Positions 38,256-50,733 are shown, numbered from the whole stretch's first letter. The stretch is 57,279 nucleotides of DNA, filler included, from Dimargaris cristalligena (GCA_003614675.1; 3 parts of 3 records of this genome joined end to end with filler, not necessarily neighbours in it), one strand, 5' to 3'. Notes: a model not told the origin generated them from the sequence alone. Numbers and translations are program-made.

Positions 38256-38718
38256 CTTGCCGGGCCGGCCTCCTATGATGGCATCCACCGGTATGGGCGG
38301 TGCCCCTCCTCCACCCCCGCCTCCCCCACCACCGCCCCCACCGGGTCCAGGTACGTCCAGACCCCCCGCCTGGCGGTCTCCCCCCTCGCCCCTCCCTCCC
38401 CAACCCCCCATGAGTATGGGCTACCAAAGCCAAACGGTCGCCAACCGATTATCCCAGCGCAACAGCCTGTCCCCGCCGCGTAGTTCCACCCCCACCGGTT
38501 TCCGGCTTCCGGGTTTCCCATCCGCCAACGGACTCGGTATGGCACCCAACGGAATGGGCCGGTCCCCCAGTCAATCGGTCCCCCTCCAAGAAGGTCGGTG
38601 GAATTTCCACTCCCCCGCCCATTTCCCTCCGCCACCCCGTCCTGCTAACGGCGCCCTGGGCAAGAAGATGTACCCGAGTGGTCGTAACATGGGAAGTGCC
38701 GTCCCTTTGCGTTTTTAG
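38256..38718 (+). CDS. VRP1: Verprolin/WIP-like protein, C-terminal fragment
   Basis: Polyproline tracts followed by EGRWNFHSPAHFPPPPR...KMYPSGRNMGSAVPL, matching the WASP/Las17-binding C-terminal motif of verprolin/WIP. Confidence 0.75.
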
Positions 38719-39386
38719 AAGCCGGCCCTGCACAGTGATCAAACCCTCACCTACCGTTACCGCGATATTATATATGGTTTAATTAGACCGAGCTGCTATA
38801 TATTTGTGTGTGCGGATAACTCCAAATCCTTTCTCAGGTATATTTCATGCGCCGGTTTTATAGTGAGATGACCCCTCCAGCCAGACGGTTATCGCTTTAG
38901 CCTGAATGAACTATCACATCTAAAAGCCGTGTACACCTATACTACGTTCAACCCAGCTATACGATGGAAACCCGGTTGCCTGGGTTTGGCTTTGCTGGAT
39001 TCGAATATATATACGCAATATTCTCCATAAATATAAATATATCGATATTAACTCAAAACCCTATTCGGTTTAAATGTAGTACGTGCTGTTTTACTGTAGA
39101 ATACTGACAAGGAAATAAACGGAGGTTGAATAAAAGGGTGGTGACCATGCTTAATATTTCATACGATATCGTTTGGGTAGTTTATAGGGCCTATTTTCTG
39201 CTTGACAACAATTCATTTCAAAAATCTTCAACATGTATTGAGATGGAATTAGGGAGCGCAGATTTTCGATACATCCCTTTTAATAATTAGCCAGGGGGTG
39301 GTCCTAGCCTTTCTCAGCCAGGCCCAACACGACACTTCCCTATGGTATGTAGATAGTCCGGCTTCTGAGCCTGTGTCTGTACAATA

Positions 39387-39524
39387 TGGGAGAAGTTCAT
39401 CCAAGCTGTATAACGAAAAATCCATTAGATTCGGCCAATATTACTAGTTAAAAATACATTTCCCATATATTCTCCCATACACGTATAATGTAAACCCTTA
39501 TATAGCTGGGCTGAATTTCACTCA
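39387..39524 (+). mobile_element. MITE, 138 bp, ~27-bp imperfect TIRs, TA flanks
   Basis: TA|TGGGAGAAGTTCATCCAAGCTGTATAA...TTATATAGCTGGGCTGAATTTCACTCA|TA. Homologous to 48851-48988 and 41240-41361. Confidence 0.8.
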
Positions 39525-39890
39525 TATTAACCCCGTGTACCTAATTGTCCGTCCTAGCCGAATTGTAGTTTCAGGCCCACTAGTAACTTTTTACCCTTCA
39601 AGAGGCCTTCAAACAGGAGAAGTCCAGCTCACCTATATCATATTAAAACATGTTTAGTAGGTCTAGAGTAAAACGGTTAAAAATTGTACCATTGAGTTTC
39701 CCATTTCTATTTCACCCTATTTTTTATATCCATTGTATTGGACTTTCTCCCGTCCAGTTTTAGCTAAGCCTTATCGCGTAGCCTTCTTATAGGGTTAACG
39801 TTCTTTGCATTTATTTGAATTTTTAGGGACGCATTCCCTTTTCATTGCCTTCCATTTCGTCTCCATCCAGGGTTTTCTATTTAGTTCAAC

Positions 39891-40511
39891 ATGCCCAAGA
39901 TAAAGACCTCCCGGACGCGCCAGCCACCCGAGGGCTGGGACGACATTGAACCCACGCTAGAGGACTTTGCCCAAAAGATGCGGGAAGCCGAAAATGACCC
40001 CCATGAGGGTAAGCGCAAGACCGAAGCTCTGTGGCCCATCTTTCGGCTGCACCATCAGCGGTCCCGTTACGTTTACGAACTCTACTATAAGCGCAAGGCC
40101 ATTTCGCGGGAACTATACGACTATTGCCTCAAGCAGGGCTTTGCGGACGGAAATCTGATCGCTAAATGGAAAAGGGTAAGTTTAGTAACCATGTAAACAT
40201 TCCCAGTCCAATGTTCTGATTCCACAGCCATTTTATTTTTGGGTACAGTTGGGTGCTAACTATCCGTCGATTGTATTTTATATATATATACTAATACCAT
40301 CTCCCCTGCTTCCCTACCCCATGTGAAACTGCACTTATTATGAAATTACTAGGGCGGCTACGAAAAGCTATGCTGCCTTCGGTGTATTCAATCCAAGGAC
40401 ACGAATTTCGGTACTGCTTGTATCTGCCGGGTACCTAAAAACAAACTGGAGGAGGACCGTGTTGTTGAGTGTGTCCATTGTGGTTGTCGTGGTTGTTCCA
40501 GTGGCGACTAA
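39891..40511 (+). CDS. BUD31: Pre-mRNA splicing factor Bud31/G10
   Basis: Exons 39891-40175 and 40353-40511. Motifs [36 protein letters not shown] and [12 protein letters not shown]. Confidence 0.97.
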
Positions 40512-40691
40512 CACACAGCTAATGTAACGCTTTGCTATAATAAATTCGTATACCTATGCCTTATTTCGCCTATTCCTTTGGCATAGTTATCCAAATTAGA
40601 ATGAACATGGGTGATTATGTTTAGGATCGTACGGAATAGTATGGTTTGGGATATAGGCTAGGATGGGCTAAATTATGGCCATCCAGTCAGC

Positions 40692-40762
40692 TGGGAGAGG
40701 TTCAGCCAGACTGTATAGTGGACAATCCGTTGGTTGGGATAGATACTATACTAGTTAAAAAT
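40692..40762 (+). mobile_element. Truncated copy (left half) of the 138-bp MITE
   Basis: TGGGAGAGGTTCAGCCAGACTGTATA...ACTAGTTAAAAAT matches the left TIR and internal ACTAGTTAA of 39387-39524. Confidence 0.6.
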
Positions 40763-41239
40763 CTCGGCATTGCTCCACAGCCCCGTGGCCTTTTTCAATT
40801 GCGTGGTACGAAAACACTCATCCCGTCCCCCAAAATAGTTTATTCACTTTAGTCGGTTAAAATTGTTTTAAAGGGAGTAGGCATGGCAACTCCTCGATTG
40901 TTCCACTGCGCTTGGATCCGGGGTCGTCAATGGCATTACCTATTTTCGGATCACCCCGCCTGTACCAAGAGTTTGGGTCTCTTTGATCCAGAGTCGTCAG
41001 CCTTATTTTTTTCCATCGGATGCTCCACAACTAAACAGTGTCAGTCAATCGCCGAGCTAACTTGCAAGCTGTTGTGGCATATCAGCTTAAAGTATCAGTT
41101 TAGTTTACTACCAAAGAGACACTTACTCCCCAATTATGTCCGGAATCTTGACCTGAACATTTATATTATATACACTTATCGTGTTCTAGTTAAACGCATG
41201 TAACCGCCGCTATTTTGTATTTGAATAAAATGGTCGATA

Positions 41240-41361
41240 TGGGTGAAATTTGGACCGGCTGTATAGTGGTATAAATGTGCGTGATAATATATATTTGTGG
41301 AGTATGGTTTTTGCCTCATTCAGCGGGTTTTTTGTTAAATAGCCTGGTTGAACCTCTATCA
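41240..41361 (-). mobile_element. MITE copy, inverted, internally deleted (122 bp)
   Basis: The reverse complement shares AGGTTCAACCAGGCT, GAGGCAAAAAC, TATACAGC and CACCCA with 48851-48988. TA on both flanks. Confidence 0.75.
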
Positions 41362-41693
41362 TAAGTCTGGAAATGGAAGTGGAATAGAGAGGCTCACTTG
41401 GCACGACGCTTATGGCTGGTTAATCAACTTTGGTGGGAATATCACACGTACTATTACTGAATTTTTATACATAGACTACTATCCAATCTTCCGTTGAATC
41501 ACTTTACCTGTTAGAAAACCAGCCACTAGCTTAACCCGTTATACTCGTTGTAATGCTAACATTGTCCCTCTTGTTTTAAATAGTCTACTATTACTCGACT
41601 CTGCATTTACCCAGGTCTTACACATTATTCCGTATTCCACTCTTCGTTCAACCATTTTCCGTTTTCTAGCTACTCCATCTGATCTTTGTTACC

Positions 41694-42717
41694 ATGAACG
41701 CTCCCGATTTTTACGAAATGTTCACCCTCCCGGAGGGTGTCAAGAAGTAAGAATAAACTGCCAATCTAGTGTCCCATTTTTATACTGCTCGGGCGGGCTG
41801 ATCCACCCTTTTCCCCACACCTTTTTCATAACTCAAATATCCCAAAGAACTTGGAACCTGACCAACGCGTCTTTCGAATTCACTGCATCTCCCATTCCCG
41901 ACATGGCGTTGCGCTCGCTATTTTCTCTAACTCAGGGTTGCCGTACACCGAGACGCCAAGCAACTTGACACGGCCACCATTGAAATTCAAAAGGAAGATC
42001 ATACCCTTGGTAATCTCATCTCCAAGTAAGTCTAGCTAGTACTGTATCCGGCGCTTAAACCTCTGCCTATTTGTATGCCTGTCGAATATGTTGAGTTTTG
42101 CAGAAAACCGGCGAATTCAGTAGTGCTCATCACGAACCTTGCAACCGGTGCTTGCTATATTTACTCTGAAATCAGAAAACTGCTCAAAGACAACCGGGTC
42201 ACCTTCTCCGGCTACAAATTCCCCCACCCGCTCGAGCATAAAATCCTTATTCGGGTGCAGACCACGGAAGAGATAACTCCTGTTGTGGCGGTCCACGACG
42301 CCATTGGCGGGCTGATTTCCGAACTCCAGGATATCGCAGGAAAATTCAAGGTAAGGTTAATATCCTCACCAATGTCCATTCTTGAAACGACTACCCGAAC
42401 TCTGCCGATCATGCATGGGGGAGTTTTTTTGTATAAGCTTGTCACTGGTGAAAACCAAATTAATATATTTTGCTTACTAACTTAATTATTGTACAATGAT
42501 TGCCTGGGATTTTCTCCCAATGGTGCCCCGGTGGACTGATTTCATCTAATTTTATCATGACGTGGATTTCAAGCTGGATATTGTGCGTGTGGGAGCCGAA
42601 CAAGATGCCCGTCAGTCCAGCGATACAATCGGTCAAGGCGTTGACAGCAAGGTCAATTATCCCAAGGACAGCGATGCCGACTCGTCGATACCAGTCAACT
42701 TTGACGTTGACTTTTAA
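41694..42717 (+). CDS. RPB11: DNA-directed RNA polymerase II subunit RPB11
   Basis: Exons 41694-41746, 41936-42025, 42176-42350, 42574-42717. Motifs MNAPD, KEDHTLGNLI and FSGYKFPHPLEH...IRVQT. Confidence 0.93.
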
Positions 42718-43479
42718 ATTGGTTAGTTTCCGAACCGCCCCGGTTAAAGCGCATTTTTTTTGGGGGGGGGGGAATTCTATGGCTGATCACCTACGCAATC
42801 ATGGTGGCCGCGCTCTCCATATACTACCATCGTCTGTAGTAATTTAGATGTCACTGGTAGTGGCATTGATTTTACCATACCTATCGGTTCTTTTCACCTT
42901 TTCTTAGTGGTTGGTTATCTGGTTGGGCGCCCTTCGACCCTTGTTTTCCTATACAGTATCACTTTAAGTAGTACATTGCTCCAAATCCCAAGCCGTCCGC
43001 TACTCTCTTGGATAATTGCATAAATGGTGTTTTGTGGTTAGTTTTCTAAATGACATGTAATAAATATTTATAATAAAACTTGTTCTGAATAATCTATAGT
43101 TCGAAAGCACCTCTTGGTCAAGCCAGCTAATTTCTATGTTAGGTTCTTCACTTAAACCGTAATTGAGGAGCTCATTATCAGGGAGACTTGCTTAAACCAA
43201 TGGGGTTAATGTGGGCGTCTCAAGAAGCTCCACCGATTTTACGGCCACTGTGGTAGATACAGGCGCTGGGGATACTGTTGATAATATACTAATTTGGAGG
43301 GTCCAAACAGCATCCGAGCCCTTCCTGGCAAGTCTTGCACAGTAAATTGAGGAGTGGGGTAACTTGATCAATGTAGATTCATAGATTCAAACGAGTTGTG
43401 AACATTTTTTTTTTTGGAGCTTATCCCTTTTCGCCCTTCCATTACATTCCCTCAATTCAATTCTATCCTCTTTCGCAAC

Positions 43480-44217
43480 ATGCTGGTCTCTTTAAGTCGC
43501 TCATTTAGCTCGCTCCGTTTGGCCCCGGCCCTGAGTCGGTCCTTTTCGGCTGGGATCCTTGCCCGCCAAAACGGAGAGCCATTCCAACCCAATCCTTACC
43601 CTCTGCCCCATACCCACCAGGCCGTTCAATACAAGACCGATTTCGTTGCGACGCAACCCCCGCAGGCTCAGGCTCAGGCTCAGGTCCAGGCCCAGACTCA
43701 AGGTCCGACCCCGTTTCCATCCCTTGCCGCGGAAGCTACGAGTGGTGAAGCGGACATTGCCGGGGGCGAAAGCGTCAGCTCGGAGGATCGTGCCTTCATG
43801 CGCAGCGACATCCTCTTGGCCCAGATCGTCAATACCCTGATGCGGGATGGCAAGAAGACCCGGACCCAGCGCCAGATCGGCGAAGCCCTGATCGAGATCC
43901 GCAAGGCGACCAACTCCAATCCCTATATTGTGCTTCGGGATGCCATCGACATGTGCAGTCCCTTGATGGATCTGACCTCCCGCAAGCAGGGCTCCAAGGT
44001 GATCCGCGTCCCCACTCCCCTTACCCCGCGCCAGCGTATCCGTCGGGCCCTGCTCTGGATCCTGAAGGCCTCCAAGGCCCGTCCCCAACGCCACTTCTCC
44101 CAACGCTTTGCCGGTGAAATTCTTGAGGTGATCAACGGCCGGTCGAAGGCCCTGGACTCCAAAAAGCTGCTTCATACCGAAGTTTTGGCCAACCGGTCCA
44201 ATATCCGCAACAAATAG
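43480..44217 (+). CDS. RSM7: Mitochondrial ribosomal protein uS7m
   Basis: Presequence MLVSLSRSFSSLRL, then S7 motifs IVNTLMRDGKK, VPTPLTPRQRIRRALLWI and LHTEVLANRSN. Confidence 0.92.
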   Translation: MLVSLSRSFSSLRLAPALSRSFSAGILARQNGEPFQPNPYPLPHTHQAVQYKTDFVATQPPQAQAQAQVQAQTQGPTPFPSLAAEATSGEADIAGGESVSSEDRAFMRSDILLAQIVNTLMRDGKKTRTQRQIGEALIEIRKATNSNPYIVLRDAIDMCSPLMDLTSRKQGSKVIRVPTPLTPRQRIRRALLWILKASKARPQRHFSQRFAGEILEVINGRSKALDSKKLLHTEVLANRSNIRNK

Positions 44218-44601
44218 CCGGCGCGCATTGCCGAGACCTTGCGTCATTAAAAATGCCGATATACTGCCTTTTACATTCCAATTTTCCGCTACAGTCTATT
44301 TTCTGATCAATATCCAATATATAATATTTGTTTAAAGTATTTCCTAACAAATGCCCTTGATCATACAAAACCGAGATCTTAAACTATACCACTTGGTCAC
44401 GCATCATCTGGCCCTCGTAGTCTAAGGCCGCCAATAGTTGGTTTAATTGGCCCTAGTACTATTTCTACTGTCCCTCATATTGGCAGGTGCCATGTACTTG
44501 AAGTCAAAGTGGACTCTGGGCCTCATGAACAAACTTTAATCTTAAAAACTTATAAAGTGGAAAATGGGTCGTCACAAAAGGTAGGTGGAGCTGGATAACA
44601 G

Positions 44602-45069
44602 CTAGTTCTTGGTTTTCGATTCCTGGTTCTTTTTGAGAATCTCATCGGCATAACGCTTGAGTTCTTGTAGATCGGCCTCAGCATCCGCCGACACGGAGTC
44701 GGACAGGGTTTCGATGCCTTCCAAGTCACTGAACTTAGAGAACCGCTGCAGGTGATCCACATCGTCCGACATGAGGTTACCCAAGGTGGGGTTCCAGAGC
44801 GGGTGGTTACGGGTGTCCTTGGTCAATTTGAGCTGGGATTTGGGAGAGGTGGTGCGCAATGTAATGGTGGATCCGTCGGTCAGAACCACGCGCTGACTGA
44901 AAATCTCGGGATTCGTAGTCGGCCCAGTGTACTTCTTCTTCTTGATCGCGCTGGCCATGCGGCGAGGCAGGTATTGGTAATTTGATTGCAATGGGAAGGG
45001 GGATCGGGAAACCGCTGTGAGGCTAATCCACTGCCGGACTAGCGGCTGAAGAGTTGAAACGCGAGACAT
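44602..45069 (-). CDS. MRPL36: Mitochondrial ribosomal protein bL31m (Mrpl36-like)
   Basis: Presequence followed by QRVVLTDGSTITLRTTSPK...KDTRNHPLWNP, typical of fungal bL31m. Confidence 0.82.
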   Translation of the reverse strand: MSRVSTLQPLVRQWISLTAVSRSPFPLQSNYQYLPRRMASAIKKKKYTGPTTNPEIFSQRVVLTDGSTITLRTTSPKSQLKLTKDTRNHPLWNPTLGNLMSDDVDHLQRFSKFSDLEGIETLSDSVSADAEADLQELKRYADEILKKNQESKTKN

Positions 45070-46433
45070 GTTGGAAGATATAATATAACGGGGGTAAACC
45101 GGATGTTGGGTGAGAAGGAGCACACGGCTTTTCTTTAATCAATAGGTCGGGTAGTAGAAATAATAGTAGCTGAAGCAATGGAATGGGGTTGCGAGAATTC
45201 AGTCCCAGGCCAGCAAGTGGAGTCACCAACCGATTCGGGGTGTAATTATATTAAATATGGGTTTAAAATAGAATTTATAATTATGGGGGGTTGGCGCAAT
45301 TGGCAGCGCGTGCGTCTCCAAAGCGCGAGGTTGGGTGTTCGAGTCACTCATTCCCCATCTTTTTGTATTTTTTTCCTTCTTAAACAGCCATTAGATTGGG
45401 CATTAATTTGTTGATTATTAATTCGTGCAAGTGGCAGATCCGAGTAATGCTCAAAGACATGCGTAATTGGGAGAACGGCAAGGGGAACAATAGTATCTGC
45501 CGTTTAATCAAGCAGGAGATTATCAGTATATCGATGGTTCGGAAGTAACAGTATTAACGAGGCTGTTAGAATAAGGCGCTCGGGAGGAGTTGTATTTTAA
45601 CTAAACGGGCAACCTCTATATTATTCTATATAGTATATGCTTGGACACCCCTCATAGTAACTCATTGCAGATTAATGATGACTTGTCCACCTGGTGGTTA
45701 GTTAGTATCGGTATCCCAGGTCACCTGCGGTAAGCCGATAGCCATATGAATAGCTGTTCCTCAGTGAGTAACTAAACTCCATATAAGCACTGCGCTCTTA
45801 ACGACCCCTCTTTAAACTCCCATCAACTGGAACTGACTCATCTAGTATGCCGGTCGTTCACTGGTTAATTTCCTGCATCCAGTAGTCTAGGTCATACAGA
45901 TAATTCCACTTTGGGACTTCCGTGTGGTTTACTTGACTAGTCTATATGGTCGGGTTGCGGTGCTCCAGCTGAGGCCGGGCCCTGTCTTGGCGTCAGCTCC
46001 AAAATACAACCCATTAAAATAGCAGCTGGACCATGACGCGATCTAGCCTTCTAGTGATGTTGTCTAAATTTATTATGCCCGTCACGGGTGCCCAATTGCA
46101 GTGCCCTTGGACGAAGGGAGTATCGGTGACTGATTACAATCATCTAAGCATCCGCCTCTTGCCCCTCGCTCAATTCCCCATTTATTTTCACACGACTTCC
46201 GGTTTGTTCATGTACTTTATCTATATATATACCTGGCTCACGTAAACCGCCAAACCTTGATATAAAAGAACGACCCGGTCCTATTTTCATCCCACCACTA
46301 TTAAAATATCTCGGAATACTTATTCTATAGCCATCCCAAGTGACCCCCCTCCCTCATAATATACACAGCTATTTTTTTATAAATATATATATTATCCAAC
46401 TTATATTCACCCCTTACATCGAGTGACTTCCTC

Positions 46434-48131
46434 ATGACTTTTACTTGGTTGTTCAGCCTGCAGGGGATCGTTCCGGTATTTGTTACGGGGCTGGGAGAGC
46501 GGTGGCTGCCCTTGGGCATCGTAACTCTGGTCACCTTCGGTGTATCCTGGGTCATCTACCAGATATTTCTGAGCCCTCTGGCCAATATTCCGGGGCCGTT
46601 TCTAGGTAAAATTCTACCTTCCATTGTACAGCCGGCCTACCGTAATGGGCGAATGTTCCGACACTCAATGGAAAACCACCGTCGCTACGGCCCCATGGTC
46701 CGGCTAGGCTGCAATACGGTTAGCTTTATCGACTTCCCCACCATCCAGCAGATTTACCAAAGTTACGAATTCATCAAAGCCCCTATTTGGTACCAGGGGT
46801 TCGAAATGTTCGGTGAGGGTTTTTTTACTACCGCCCGGGCCGATTTCCATCGTAAACGCAAGCGGGTTATACTCCCGGCTTTTACCTTGCGGGCCCTCCG
46901 CGTTATGGAGAAGTCCATCATCCAGTTCGGTCCGGTTAATTTGATCACGTTCCTGGCCCAACAGTGTCGCGCTCAAGGGGTCAATGGTGGGAACGGTTCC
47001 GCCAGCGGGGATCCTCCCGGGGATGCCACTGAAGGGGCCGTAGTGAATATATACCATACGCTAACCCTACTCTCGGCCGACGTCATTACCGAGCTGACCC
47101 TGGGTAAATCGGTCCAGCTTCTATCCCGCGGTAGTCACCCCATCACCGAATGGTTCCACGCTACGACCCGCCTGGTGGTTATTTTCAATGTGTTTCCGTT
47201 TTTGAAAGGGGCCCGCTGGGGTTTCCGTGAACTCCGCGGCCTCCTCCAGGACTTTGAAGATTACGTCAGTAGTTGTATCCAGGAGCGACGTCAACGGCTC
47301 CAGCAGGAGCCGCCGGCCGAGAAGGAGTCATCACGCGGACCGTCCGGACGTCTGGTCCCCGATATTCTGGGCAACCTAATCTTATCCGTCGACCCCGACA
47401 CGGGGGAAAAACTCACTGACCAGGAACTCAAGTGCGAAACCATTTCCCTATTGTTCGGCGGTTCCGACACGGTGGCCTCAACCATGTCGACGGTGTTACT
47501 GCAGTTGTTCCGTAATCCCCATGTGTTCACCCGACTGCAGGAGGAAATCATAACTACTTTTCCTAGTGTGAACCGTACCCACCCAGGTTTAAAGGAAGAG
47601 ACCGGCGTCCCGGGGTCTCCCATTAACTCAGAAACGGTGAAAGCCATGGGTATTGACTACGAAACTATCCGACATCAGATACCTCTGATGGAAGCGGTGA
47701 TTAGTGAAACGCTTCGCATCATGCCTAGCAGCCCGGGTACTTTCTGGCGTACTGTCCCTGCTGGAGGTCGGGTTCTCTTCAATCACTATCTCCCGGCCGG
47801 CACCGAAGTGGGCGGCGCGGCGGCCGCCTATCATATTGGGCCGGAATGGTCCGACCCAATGGTATTTAATCCTGACCGGTTTCTGGGCGTGGCCGGGGAG
47901 AAGAGCTATCCCCGGGTGTACACGTTCTCACTAGGTCCTCGGCAATGCCTTGGACGAGCCCTGGCGTTCCGTGAGATCTCCCTGATTTTAGTTACCTTAT
48001 TCCGATTCTTTGAGATCTCCATCTTAGATGAAGAGGAGCTGAACAAACAGTGGTTACATTTTGTGACCCTGCGGCCCCACGACAAGCAGCTTAATATCGC
48101 CGTCAAACCCCGACCAGGGTTCATAGTTTAG
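46434..48131 (+). CDS. Cytochrome P450 monooxygenase (intronless, 565 aa)
   Basis: N-terminal TM plus PLANIPGP hinge, I-helix GGSDT, ETLR (ExxR), PDRF (PERF) and heme motif FSLGPRQCLG. TATAAAA at ~46261. Confidence 0.96.
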   Translation: MTFTWLFSLQGIVPVFVTGLGERWLPLGIVTLVTFGVSWVIYQIFLSPLANIPGPFLGKILPSIVQPAYRNGRMFRHSMENHRRYGPMVRLGCNTVSFIDFPTIQQIYQSYEFIKAPIWYQGFEMFGEGFFTTARADFHRKRKRVILPAFTLRALRVMEKSIIQFGPVNLITFLAQQCRAQGVNGGNGSASGDPPGDATEGAVVNIYHTLTLLSADVITELTLGKSVQLLSRGSHPITEWFHATTRLVVIFNVFPFLKGARWGFRELRGLLQDFEDYVSSCIQERRQRLQQEPPAEKESSRGPSGRLVPDILGNLILSVDPDTGEKLTDQELKCETISLLFGGSDTVASTMSTVLLQLFRNPHVFTRLQEEIITTFPSVNRTHPGLKEETGVPGSPINSETVKAMGIDYETIRHQIPLMEAVISETLRIMPSSPGTFWRTVPAGGRVLFNHYLPAGTEVGGAAAAYHIGPEWSDPMVFNPDRFLGVAGEKSYPRVYTFSLGPRQCLGRALAFREISLILVTLFRFFEISILDEEELNKQWLHFVTLRPHDKQLNIAVKPRPGFIV

Positions 48132-48850
48132 CCATATTTAAGTATGTATTTTCGAACTTCATTCAACTTCTATTTAAAGCCAGGACTTTTCTATGCCTGA
48201 CTATTGAAATTTAGTAATTTATAATAGTATATCCAAACATTTCATCCATAAATTCGAACCATTATAATTCAGATGTATGATACTTTCCGGACGCGATATT
48301 TTCTATTGGGCATCAAATCCCATCCGTATTGGCTGAACCCTTGCATTATTGGGTGTGTGTATGCAGTGTTGGTGGGTTGACTTGCTTAGAATATATAATT
48401 AGCAGCTAAACTCCGGGTGCCTCTACCTCAAAGCAACCTTACGGCCATGGATTTACTACTTCGCCAAACTATTCATTCCAAATTGCTATTTGCATCCTAT
48501 TAAGCGCACATTAATTGGTTTTCAGGTAAGCGTGACTTAGAAGAAACCAAAGGAAGAGCTCAAGCAGGTGAATGCCTATTAATACATACCCGTACATAAC
48601 CGCTTATATGTAGATATTAGCAAAACCAAACTACTGTGCTTAGATTAATGGACGAGGGTCGCGAGACCATGCGTCGTGGCGTTAAACATTTAGACCCTGC
48701 AGTCAACCCCTCACGGAAAAGGAGAATTTATCACCAGCTATTAGTGTGCATAAAAACAAGGTCATATGATGGGGCTACTTATTTAATCGCCCCTAGCTGA
48801 AAATGTCTCTTCGAACTCCAATAGAGCTAGGCAAACACATTTTATTGATA

Positions 48851-48988
48851 TGGGAAAGGTTCAACCAGGCTGTATAACGATAAATCAGTTGGACGAGGCA
48901 AAAACTACTAGTTAATAATGGGTCTCTCATATATGTTCCCATACGCGTATCATCCAAAACCTTATACAGCTGCACTGAATTCCACCCA
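48851..48988 (+). mobile_element. MITE copy, 138 bp, TA flanks
   Basis: TA|TGGGAAAGGTTCAACCAGGCTGTATAA...TTATACAGCTGCACTGAATTCCACCCA|TA. Same length as, and colinear with, 39387-39524. Confidence 0.82.
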
Positions 48989-50733
48989 TAACTAGAGAGA
49001 GCTCACCAACTTACTCGGTAAAGCAAACCAGTGTATTCATGAAGTGGCCTCACTCCAAGTTTATAAACCATACCTGGTTATATATGGGGTGTCAATGCGA
49101 CCGCTGGGGAAGGTACCATACTGACCAATTTCCAAGGGGCCCGTGGTTTCTTTAGAAGAATGGGCGAAGTCGTCATAAAAAAACCACGAAATAACAACGG
49201 AATGTCTAGGCAGATAATATATAGCTGTAAATTATGGCCATTCACGCAAACCTAAGACATTCACTATAAAATTATACTGTCTGGCACATGTTTATCTTTA
49301 GCAAGAAATAATCACTCACATGTCTTTTGGTAACTTCGCTATATTATTATCCAGCTATTTATGACATGACTTCCGGTATATGCTCAAAAAGTTCGGACCA
49401 CCTACTATAGGCGGCCTGGAATTGAGAATATACGACATTCCTGGTAGTTAATAATTCCTTGTTATTAGCAGGTATCGTTTGCCCTCAAGATATTGAGCAC
49501 ACGGGCCATGGGAATCCGCGATATCTCTACCCAAGGGTTGTTCAAATGCTATATTGTTATACATTATATACATTATTATATATTCACATTTCCAGTCCAA
49601 CGGCCACTAAACAGTAGCCTATATATTTTATTTGAAACTCCAGCCCACCTACACACAGCCATTATATCTCACTGGGCTACACCTTAGCAACACTTTTTTC
49701 TATTAGTTTCAACTGAATTCATTGCATCAATAATGTGTCATTTGATATTTTCCAATCACGAAGGTCCCTTTCCCGCCTTCTTCGTTCTCACTCATGTTTT
49801 CTTCCGAATCCAAAACACCATGCAGCAGCTATTCATAGAAGTTGATCAGTCAGACCAAATGAGAGAGTCTACTGCGAACTAAAACGGAAAACTCAAACCA
49901 CTCAAAGTCTTGTCCGATAATACAACTTGTATCCACAAAACCGACTTATTCTTAAATATTATGATTATTTTAGGCTACGGTAAATATGCCTATTTGAAGT
50001 CTTTTCGAAATACCCTTGGCCATTCAATCTGATTTGTGAAGTCGGCATTGCCCCTAAAGCAGAATTTCGCGCGGGCTTACTGATGGGTAATTATAGGGAT
50101 GGGACTCACACCCCCTCCCATTGTGAAGTCGAACGCACCATCAGCTAGGAAAGTTCCTCTAAAACGATGCTCCAATTGTGGTTGGGGTATTAGACTACTT
50201 CATGGGAATTCAAGAACCAATGCATTTGGAATTGAGCACGATCATATTCACCCAGAATATAAAATCCGGAAGATATTTCGATTTTCACACACTCGTTTGA
50301 GAAGAAGTGTGACTAAACAATAGGCATATGCCAACCTGTGCCCCATGGTACCCATAGATCTGCAGGTAATAGATACTGTCCGTTCTTGATATCTTATTCC
50401 TATTATCCACCAGGAATTGGCCATATAATACCATCCAATGCGGCCACCAGGTTCTTAAATCAGCATTAAATCGCTAGTTTGCCAGTCTTTTCACCTGTTA
50501 CTATCCACTTTTGTCTACATGTACTGCTGTCCATCGACCACTGTCACCTTAATCTACACATCTTTCACCTAGCTTTATTATTTGATTTGTAATATACGCT
50601 CATTGATTCCAGTAGTCTTTAAATGCTTGCCCGTGGCCTTTGACTCGGCTTAAACCATATACAATACCATTTCTTCCTCTATCCCTACCCCCTTTCTTTC
50701 TCCATTTTATACTTGTCAGACTGATTGTACAAC

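Noticed and set aside
35434-38718. Separase-verprolin fusion gene (likewise RRM-SWP1 across 19030)
   Set aside because: The ORFs only appear joined across artificial linkers.
2628-40662. Recurrent GGCTAGG/CCTAGCC heptamer in intergenic regions
   Set aside because: About nine intergenic occurrences were noticed, close to the ~7 expected by chance for a 7-mer on both strands of 57 kb.
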